From positions 215,706-279,705 of the forward strand of contig CAWBCR010000031.1 of the NCBI GenBank assembly GCA_963787375.1: a stretch of 64,000 nucleotides of DNA, written 5' to 3'. This document shows positions 56,953-64,000 of the stretch, piece after piece. Each line of letters opens with the position of its first letter. The first letter of the stretch is position 1. The stretch comes from an uncultured Chloroflexia bacterium (GTDB taxonomy: Bacteria > Chloroflexota > Anaerolineae > Aggregatilineales > UBA3940). The translations under genes were made by a program, and so were the position numbers. The notes under the pieces were generated by a model. That model saw nothing but the letters and a program-made list of their open reading frames with translations. It had not been told where the DNA came from and did no database searches.

Positions 56953-58360
56953 CTACCCTGCCCACCCCTCCAGCGCCTCTTTGACCGTGACCATGAACCA
57001 GTCCGCCGACGCGCCGTCGAGCACGCGGTGGTCGAAGGTCAGCGTCAGGTAGACCATCGGGCGGATGGCGATGGCGTCGTCGTCGGTGACGATCACCCGC
57101 TTCTGGATGGCCCCCACGCCCATGATCGCCGTCTGCGGCTGGTTGATGATCGGCGTGGCGAACAGGCTCTGCGACACGCCGTGATTGGTGATGGTGAACG
57201 TGCCGCCGGCCACGTCATCCGGCGCAAGCTGCCCGTCGCGGGCGCGGATCGCCAGGTCGTTGACCTGCCGCGCCAGCCCGGCTAGCGAAAGCTCGTCGGC
57301 GTGCTTGATCACTGGCACGATCAGCCCCTCGTCGATGGCGACCGCCATCCCGACGTTCACATCGCGCTGGAGCAGGATGCCGTCGTCGGTCCACTGCCCG
57401 TTGACCATCGGGTGCTGGCGCAGCGCGCGCGCCGCCGCCGCCATGAAGTAGGCGGTGAACGTCAGGTTGACGCCGCGCGCCGCGAATTCGCCCTTGTTGG
57501 CGTCACGGTGCGCCATCACCGCGCTCAGGTCCGCCTCGAAGACGGTCGTCACGTGCGGGGCGGTGTGCAGCTTGCTCAGCACCATGTGCTCGGCGATGCG
57601 CCGCCGCATCTTGCTGAGCGGCACCACCTCGCCGGGCCTGCCGGGCGCGGGCGGCGCGGCGTGGACGTGGTCGGCGGGGGCCGGCGCGGGCGCAGCCGCA
57701 GCCGTCTTGTACAGATCGTCGGTCGGCTTGAACAGGTCGCCGCTGCCGGGCTGCTCCCAGGCGGGCAGCTCCGCAGCCTTTGCCGGCGCGCCGCCGGCCT
57801 TCACCTGCTCGACGTAGGCCAGGATGTCTTTCTTGGTCACCCGGCCACCGCGCCCTGAGCCGTCGATGCGGTTGATCTGGTCGATGCTGATGCCGTTCTC
57901 GGCGGCGATGTTGGCTACCACCGGCGAGATGCGCGCACCGCTGCCGCCGCCGTTCCCACCGCCGTTGTGGCTGGGCGTCGACGGCTCCGTCGGTGGGCCG
58001 CTGGGCACCGCGTCCATGCGCGGCTGCGGCTCCGACATGGGCACCGGCGTCACGTCGGCGTGGCCGGATGATGCGCCCGCGTGGGCGGGCTCAGGCTGCG
58101 GCGCGGCGGGCACGTCTTCGCCCGGCTCGCCGATCATCGCCAGCACCGTCCCGGCGTGGACCGTCTGGCCTTCCGGCACGTAGATCGCCAGCACCGTCCC
58201 ACCGGCAGGCGAGGGAATCTCCGAGTTCGACCTTGTCGCTCTCCACGTCGAGCAGCCCCTCGTACTCCTCGACCTTCTCCCCGACCTGCTTCAGCCAGCG
58301 CCCGACGGTTCCCTCGACGACGCTCTCCCCAAGCTGGGGCATCACGACTTTCGTTGCCAT
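56953..58360 (-). CDS. dihydrolipoamide acyltransferase (E2) of a 2-oxoacid dehydrogenase complex; apparent 1-nt insertion near 58228
   Basis: Lipoyl domain 'LLDVESDKV' (ORF 58091..58360) continues as '[20 protein letters not shown]' only after a shift into ORF 56953..58194. E1/E3-binding domain '[14 protein letters not shown]'. Catalytic 'DHRVLDG'. Confidence 0.85.
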
Positions 58361-58375
58361 GCTCGCTCCTGTTAG

Positions 58376-59362
58376 CTAATACCCCGCCAGCTCGCGGATC
58401 GCCTCGGCGATCTTCTCCGGGCTGGGCATGAAATAGTCCTGCATCGTGTGGCTGAACGGCACGCCCGGCACGTTCGGGCCGGTCAGGCGGCGGATTGGCC
58501 CATCCATGTACTCGAACGCCTCATCGCTGAGGATCGCCGCGATCTCCGCGCCGTAGCCCAGGAAGCGGTTGTCCTCGTACACGATCAGCGCCTTGCCCGT
58601 CTTCTTGAACGAGTCGAGCACCGTCCGCTTGTCGAGCGGGACCAGTGTGCGGATGTCCACCACCTCGGTCTGGATGCCGTCCTGCGCGGCGACCATTTCG
58701 GCGGCCTGCAGCGCGTAGAAGTGCATCATGCCGTAGGCGTACAGCGTCAGGTCGCTGCCGCTGCGCGTCACCTTCGCCTCGCCGAGCGGCACCGTGTACT
58801 CGTAGTCGGGCACGTCGCCCTTGATCAGCCGGTAGCCCTTCTTCGGCTCGAAGAACAGCACCGGGTTCGGGTCGCGCACCGCCGACTTGAGCAGCCCCTT
58901 GGCGTCGAACGGGTTGGACGGGATCACGACCTTGAGCCCCGGCGAGTGCGAGAAGAACGCCTCGACGCTCTGCGAGTGGTACAGCCCGCCGCCGATGCCG
59001 CCGCCGTATGGCGCGCGGATCGTCATCGGCACCGTCCAGCCGCCGTTGGAGCGGTAGCAGAAGCGCGAGGCCTCGTTGACGATCTGGTTGAAGGCCGGGA
59101 AGATGAAATCGGCGAACTGGATCTCGCAGATGGGGTGCATCCCGGCCAGCGCCGCGCCGATGCCCACCGCCACGATGCTCAGCTCGGCCAGCGGCGAGTC
59201 GATGATGCGGTCCGGGCCATACTTGTCGTACAGGCCCATCGTCGCGCGGAACACACCGCCGCGCGGGCCCACGTCCTCGCCGGTAATAAACACGCTCTCG
59301 TCGCGGGCGAGCTCTTCGTCCATCGCCTCGTGAACGGCGTCAATGAGCGTCATTTCGGGCAT
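58376..59362 (-). CDS. 2-oxoacid dehydrogenase E1 beta subunit, copy 2
   Basis: AGGAGA RBS. 'ITGEDVGPRGGVFR', 'IDSPLAE', 'VIPSNPFDAKGLL'. Confidence 0.9.
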   Translation of the reverse strand: MPEMTLIDAVHEAMDEELARDESVFITGEDVGPRGGVFRATMGLYDKYGPDRIIDSPLAELSIVAVGIGAALAGMHPICEIQFADFIFPAFNQIVNEASRFCYRSNGGWTVPMTIRAPYGGGIGGGLYHSQSVEAFFSHSPGLKVVIPSNPFDAKGLLKSAVRDPNPVLFFEPKKGYRLIKGDVPDYEYTVPLGEAKVTRSGSDLTLYAYGMMHFYALQAAEMVAAQDGIQTEVVDIRTLVPLDKRTVLDSFKKTGKALIVYEDNRFLGYGAEIAAILSDEAFEYMDGPIRRLTGPNVPGVPFSHTMQDYFMPSPEKIAEAIRELAGY

Positions 59363-59376
59363 GGTATCGCTGTCTC

Positions 59377-60423
59377 CTATTCCTTGACATCTTCGGCGTA
59401 CACCGGGCCGAGCGCGTCCTCGGCGGGCGGGTACGGCGCAGCCTCGGCGAACGCCTGCGCCGCGTCGACCTCCTGCCTGGCCTGCGCCTCGTATTCGGTG
59501 ACCATCTCGTCGGTCAGCACGCCCTTGTCCCTCAGGTACTTCTCATAGCGCTTGATCGGGTCGCGCTGCTTCCACTCCTCGACCTCTTCGCGGCTGCGAT
59601 AGGTGCGGTCGTCGTCGTCCGACGAGTGCGGCGTGGGCCGGTAGGTCTTGGCGTCGATCAGCGTCGCGCCGCCGCCGCTGCGCGCCCGGTCGACGGCCTC
59701 CTTGACCGTGCGGAACGAGGCCAGCACGTCGTTGCCGTCGCACACCGCCCCCGCGATGCCGAACATCGGCGCGCGGTCCGACACATTCGGCACGGCCATC
59801 TGCATCGTGACCGGCACCGAGATGGCATACACGTTATTCTGCACCACGCAGATCAGCGGCAGCTTGTGGACGCCCGCCCAGTTCAGCCCCTCGTACCACT
59901 CGCCCTGGCTGGTCGAGCCTTCGCCCAGGCAGGTCAGCGCCACGCGATCCTCGCCGCGCAGCTTGCAGGCCAGCGCCAGCCCGGCGGCCTGCGGCACCTG
60001 TGTCGCCACCGGGCTCGACCCCGACACGATGTTCAGCCGCCTGACGCCAAAGTGCGACGGCATCTGCCGCGCGCCGGAGGTCACCTCGCCTTCCTTGCCA
60101 TACACCGCCAGCATGAATTCCTGCGGCGTGTAGCCCAGCGCCAGGTTCAGCGCGATGTCGCGGTAGTAGGGATGGACGTAGTCGTAGCCCTTGCGCAGCG
60201 CGTAGGCCGCCCCCACCTGGATCGCCTCGTGGCCCAGCCCGGAGATGTGGAACGCGATCTTGCCCTGGCGGTGCAGCACCCAGCAGCGCTCGTCGAGACG
60301 CCGCGAGCGCAGCATCGACCAGTACAGGTCTTTGAGCGTCTGCTCGTCGAGGTCGATGTCGGTGTCGTCGATTTCACTGGGCGGGAGGTGGGTGTCCACC
60401 TGTGCGCGCAAATCAGTTGACAT
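59377..60423 (-). CDS. 2-oxoacid dehydrogenase E1 alpha (TPP) subunit, copy 2
   Basis: AAGGAG RBS. 'GEGSTSQGEWYEGLNWAGVHKLPLICVVQNNVYAIS'. Confidence 0.9.
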   Translation of the reverse strand: MSTDLRAQVDTHLPPSEIDDTDIDLDEQTLKDLYWSMLRSRRLDERCWVLHRQGKIAFHISGLGHEAIQVGAAYALRKGYDYVHPYYRDIALNLALGYTPQEFMLAVYGKEGEVTSGARQMPSHFGVRRLNIVSGSSPVATQVPQAAGLALACKLRGEDRVALTCLGEGSTSQGEWYEGLNWAGVHKLPLICVVQNNVYAISVPVTMQMAVPNVSDRAPMFGIAGAVCDGNDVLASFRTVKEAVDRARSGGGATLIDAKTYRPTPHSSDDDDRTYRSREEVEEWKQRDPIKRYEKYLRDKGVLTDEMVTEYEAQARQEVDAAQAFAEAAPYPPAEDALGPVYAEDVKE

Positions 60424-60486
60424 GCTGTGGCTCCTTGTGTGTGACGGTTACCGTCGGCAGGGTGCGTGCCTGCCGAATAATGTCCA

Positions 60487-61332
60487 TCATTTCGTGGGCG
60501 ATCCACCATCGCCGGGCGGGTCCGCCTCGTCCCACATCTGTTCCATCTTCATGTAGCTGTCGGGATACTGGCCGGTGTAGCGCAGGAAGCTGGGGATCGG
60601 GTAGCGCACCTGACCCTTGTGCGTCCCCTCCAGCCCCTTGATGATCATCCCGATCTTGCTCGCCGGGATGCTGAAGCCCATCTCGCCGTCCTCGGTCTGC
60701 GCGAAGATGCGGTCGCCGTAGCACGGCAGGATCACCTGGCACTCGTCGGTCTGCATGGCGGTGATCACCGCGTCGGCGCAGTCGATGCGCCCGCAGAACG
60801 AAGACGAAACGCGCCCGCCGGTGGACCACAGGCGGGCGGTGACGAGGCGCATCACCTGCGCGGAATTGCCGTAAATAAGGATGACGTGCGGCTCGAAGTT
60901 GGCGCGGTGCAGCGGCGCGCTGGCGACCCCCTGCCACTGCCCATAGTCCCACTTGTCGACCCCCGCCTCGGTCACCACGCCCGCCGCCGGCGTTTCGGTG
61001 TACATCCCGGCGCAGGTCATGCCGTTCAGGAAGTAGTCGAGCATCGGCTCGAAGCCCCACACCACCTTCGCCAGCGGGCACGACAGGTCGTCGCGGTCCA
61101 TGCCCATCGACCAGCCGTAGCGGCGGCTCATGGCGAAGCCCTGGCAGATCGCGATCTGCTCGCCGAGGTCGGCCTGCGGGCGTTTGGCGCGCTCCGGGAA
61201 CGGCTCGCCGGGCGCGATCATGCGGATGGCAATCGGAAACTGGGTCAGGCGGAGGTAGGTGGATAGGGCGTCGTTCAGCGCGGCAACGTCAGCCAGCGCT
61301 GCGCTGCGAAATGTGGTCCCCTCGACACTCAT
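60487..61332 (-). CDS. DUF169-like protein
   Basis: 'QFPIAIRMI', 'ICQGFAMSRRYGWSMGM', 'LSCPLAKVVWGF' fit my recollection of COG2043/DUF169. Sits directly upstream of the E1/E2 genes. Confidence 0.55.
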   Translation of the reverse strand: MSVEGTTFRSAALADVAALNDALSTYLRLTQFPIAIRMIAPGEPFPERAKRPQADLGEQIAICQGFAMSRRYGWSMGMDRDDLSCPLAKVVWGFEPMLDYFLNGMTCAGMYTETPAAGVVTEAGVDKWDYGQWQGVASAPLHRANFEPHVILIYGNSAQVMRLVTARLWSTGGRVSSSFCGRIDCADAVITAMQTDECQVILPCYGDRIFAQTEDGEMGFSIPASKIGMIIKGLEGTHKGQVRYPIPSFLRYTGQYPDSYMKMEQMWDEADPPGDGGSPTK

Positions 61333-61452
61333 CGCTGCGGTTTTCCTTTGGTCCCTCTGGCGAGGGTTCTATTATGTACCCTCTTTACCGATTATATCAC
61401 ATTCGCCGGGCGCGAAACCAGAGCGGGGCGATTGTCCCGCCGCGATCCGTTC

Positions 61453-61488
61453 CGCTCTCCGCCGGGCGGAGAGGGGTTAGGGGTGAGG
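61453..61488. repeat. member of the G/C-rich palindromic repeat family
   Basis: cgctctccgcc-gg-gcggagag followed by ggggtgagg. Confidence 0.5.
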
Positions 61489-61728
61489 TCTCCGGGTTGG
61501 CTTCAGCCGACATATCATTCATAGCCCGATGATTGATCATCGGGCGGCTGGAGGAGCCGGTCCCGGCGAGCCGTGACGGTCAGCATCGACCAGCCGGTGG
61601 CGGAGCTCGTCGCGGCGGTTGGCCGCCAATTCCGAGAAATGCACCTATGATTTAGACTCGGTAATTGCTGAAGTCATCAGAATTGGTATAGACTTATAAA
61701 ATGATTTCTGCTCTGCATTGGAGTGATC

Positions 61729-63304
61729 ATGTTTGCGCTTTCAGCCGATTTGGTTACTTGGGCGATTGAGTCTCTTGTTCGTCACCACGACACTGATATA
61801 TTCCCTCAAATCTTTGAATTCCAGGCCATAGATCACTGCAAAGACGACGTATTAAGGAGTTTCTCCAAGCAAGATAATAGTCAACGCCAGACTCGACCGT
61901 TTCGCCGTTGTTTGGTGCCAAAGCAACGCTATGGATTTCGGATCGCGATAAGCTTGACCCTTTGGACACGCTTTTCTACACTGCACTTATCTACGAAGTT
62001 GGTGAACAGATCGAGTCTGCCAGATTACCGGCGGATTCCGAGATTGTATTCTCGCACAGATTTGTTCCGGACAATGAGAACTTCCTTATGTTTGATCCGA
62101 ACATTGGATATAAGGAATTCCAAGAGCATTCGGAGGAACTCGCAGAACAGTATCCCTTCGTTGCAGTGACTGACATAGCAGATTTCTTCCCACGAATTTA
62201 TTTCCATCATCTTGAGAACGCTCTGGATTCGGCAATATCGAAATCCAAAGAACATGTGAAAGCTATCTGTCACTTGGTGAAGGGTTGGAATCAGAACGTT
62301 TCTTACGGGATACCAGTTGGAAACAATCCTTCGCGACTGCTCTCAGAACTCGTACTTGATGGAATCGACAGAGCTCTAAGAGTTGAGAAGCTTCGATTTC
62401 TCAGATTTGCTGATGATTTTCGGATCTTCTGTCACTCAAAGGACGAAGCTTACAGATCTCTCGCTGTTCTAGCCAATACACTTTATGGATATTCGCTAAC
62501 GCTCCAATCCCAGAAGACGTATGTTGTTGATTCAGCGCACTTCATAAGTGACTATGTCGATACGGAAATAAGGCGCGAGATCGGGAAGTTTTGCAGATGG
62601 ATTCGAGGAAATCGTAGCTCTTCTTGGACTAGAGGACCCCTATGAGTTTATTAACTATCAAGCCTTGCAAACATCCATCAAGTCACAAATCGATGAGCTA
62701 AACCTACTGCAATTGCTCCAACAGCAAGTGGACAAGGAGGAAATTGACATTTCGTTAACGAAATTCCTGATCAATCGAATTGGTCAATTGCAAAGTACGA
62801 GTGCCATCAAGTTGCTACTTCACAACATCGATATGTTTTACCCAGTCTTTCCGGAGATAATCCGCTATCTTGCTAGAAGTCATCGATGTGACTCCCTTCA
62901 GATTCGCGAATTAGAATAGGACAGTTCTTGCTCAAATTGCTGCAAGATTCTGGTCGTTAGCCATCTTGAGTTTCACAGGATGCTCATCCTCTCGCTTTTC
63001 GCTGGAAGCAGAGGTTGGGGCAACGAGGACTCGCTGCCAAGTATTTATAGTAGCGCAAGCGATCTGCTGGACCAGACGCACTGTCTTGCTTGCAATCGGA
63101 AAGAGCGAGCAAGGTTTCTGGCTGAAGCCCAAGAAATACCAAATGGAGCAAATGCCAATCTGGGAGCGAAGGGCATTTCTATATGCTGCTAGCTGTCTTC
63201 CCGGCGATGAGCGGAAGCACTATTACAACGCCGTCAAAAACAAAGTTGATGAGTTGGAACGGTATATAATCGAATGGGCACCTGGGCAACCTATTCACGG
63301 CTAG
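61729..63304 (+). pseudogene. stand-alone reverse transcriptase with helical C-terminal extension (UG/Abi-like), broken by at least 5 frameshifts or stops, in a low-G+C island
   Basis: 'PKQRYGFRIAI' then 'LDPLDTLFYTALIYE'. Motif A 'VAVTDIADFFPRIYFHHL', motif B 'GIPVGNNPSRLLSELVL', motif C 'FLRFADDFRIFCHS'. The reading frame changes near 61950, 62590, 62880-62950 (including the TAG at 62917) and 63085. Confidence 0.65.
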
Positions 63305-63477
63305 TGTCAATGGCCTGCTATTCTCGCACCCAAGCAAGGTTGAAGCAGTGTGACCCTGATTGGTGCAATATCATCAATACTCGAATGCGAGCAATTACCT
63401 AAGCAAGGACTCTGCGGCCCGTCGCACGATGCGGTCGACGCCACCCCCTGCCAGATCGCGCGAACAACCCAACCACC

Positions 63478-63862
63478 CTATCCTTTGACATACGACAGCT
63501 TTTCGCAGATGAGACCATCCTTCACTTTGAAGACGTCGACTCCCCGGACATGCCCTTCTGTTCCGGCCCCATCCACCCAGCTATAGTTCCAGCGCAGGAT
63601 ACACCGGTTACCCACGCTGAAAACCTCCTCGATGTCGATGTGGGCCTGGGGCGAACTCGCGGAAGAAGTCCTGCCAGAACTGCGTCACGGCTTCCTTCCC
63701 CGAATACAGCGTGCCATCGGGAGCCGGGGCCGTGTTTTCGAAGACGCAGTCCTCGCTCATCAGCGCCATCATCCCGGCGACATCGTGACGGTTGAAGGCC
63801 TCGTTGAACGCAAGGACAGCGCGGATCGCTTCTTCGACGCGTGACATGCGGATTGGACTCAT
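63478..63862 (-). CDS. SnoaL/NTF2-like small protein; apparent frameshift near 63648
   Basis: GGAGGCATATCGAC before the ATG at 63862. 'AIRAVLAFNEAFNRHDVAGMMALMSEDCVFE' continues after a shift as 'HIDIEEVFSVGNRCILRWNYSW..VDVFKVKDGLICEKLSYVKG*'. Confidence 0.65.
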
Positions 63863-63890
63863 GTCGATATGCCTCCGCTGATAGCCATCT

Positions 63891-63949
63891 GCGCCCGCGG
63901 GCGCGTTGCCGACGGCTCTTGTTCCCCCTCTCCAACTCTGGAGAGGGGG
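63891..63949. repeat. member of the G/C-rich palindromic repeat family
   Basis: gcgcccgcgggcgcgttgcc (compare the core at 24911 and 55931), then ccccctctcc-aactct-ggagaggggg. Confidence 0.55.
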
Positions 63950-64000
63950 TAGGCATTGCCCGATGGGCCGCAAGCAAATGAGCAGAGCTCATTTGCGAGG

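Noticed and set aside
61500-61728. Retron msr/msd or another RT-associated ncRNA upstream of the RT.
   Set aside because: I see only a short palindrome (cccgatga-ttga-tcatcggg, 61525..61544) and a high-G+C stretch that looks like a gene remnant. There are no long inverted repeats flanking a structured region as in retrons. I cannot exclude it without a covariance-model search.
61729-63304. Diversity-generating retroelement hypothesis: the RT together with the FGE-sulfatase-fold genes at 5899..7398 and 21158..22117 as variable targets.
   Set aside because: The RT is 40-55 kb from both candidate targets. It is much longer than DGR RTs and has a helical C-terminal extension. By eye I found no template/variable repeat pair (a second near-identical copy of either gene's 3' end differing at adenines). 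A formal self-alignment would settle it.
61660-63399. Terminal inverted repeats (ggtaattgc at 61660..61668, gcaattacc at 63391..63399) flanking the RT island, as evidence of a transposon.
   Set aside because: The match is only 9-10 nt. There is no transposase, no target-site duplication that I could see, and such matches are easily found by chance in A/T-rich DNA.
1-64000. tRNA, rRNA, tmRNA, RNase P or known riboswitches.
   Set aside because: Visual scanning of the intergenic regions found no T-loop or anticodon-arm signatures and no conserved riboswitch cores. This is a weak negative and needs tRNAscan-SE and Infernal.

Overview
High-G+C bacterial chromosomal segment. The domain content (several FGE-sulfatase, TIR/STAND, caspase-like, YfhO, HEAT/TPR proteins) and strong GGAGG-type ribosome-binding sites suggest a filamentous Chloroflexota-like organism, but that is inference only. 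I can support about 65 protein-coding genes. I recognised no rRNA, tRNA, CRISPR array, transposase or integrase. Most genes are housekeeping, envelope or signalling: two 2-oxoacid dehydrogenase gene sets, NDH-2, pncB, rsgA, a SigA-family sigma factor, HtrA, two M50 proteases, a PhoR/OmpR-type two-component pair, CheY-like receivers and an adenylate cyclase. The conflict-type or accessory content is: (1) a Toll-like-receptor-style TIR-TM-FGE-sulfatase protein divergently paired with an effector-less NB-ARC/TPR STAND ATPase; (2) a membrane-anchored caspase-like protease; (3) a low-G+C island carrying a multiply disrupted UG/Abi-like reverse transcriptase; (4) RelE/ParE and MazEF-type toxin-antitoxin pairs; (5) an orphan gamma-type N6-adenine methyltransferase translationally coupled to a GNAT gene. 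Structural oddities: a tandemly duplicated EEP-family gene whose second copy has had its core replaced by a low-G+C membrane-protein gene; a 77-nt direct repeat bracketing a rearranged DUF1254/DUF1214 module; a family of G/C-rich palindromic intergenic repeats; and a FadR-type regulator with two perfect operators in front of a membrane-protein plus B12-radical-SAM operon. Caveat: at least 16 otherwise well-conserved genes, including housekeeping ones, are split by single frameshifts. Assembly indel error is therefore a serious alternative to real pseudogenisation throughout this window.
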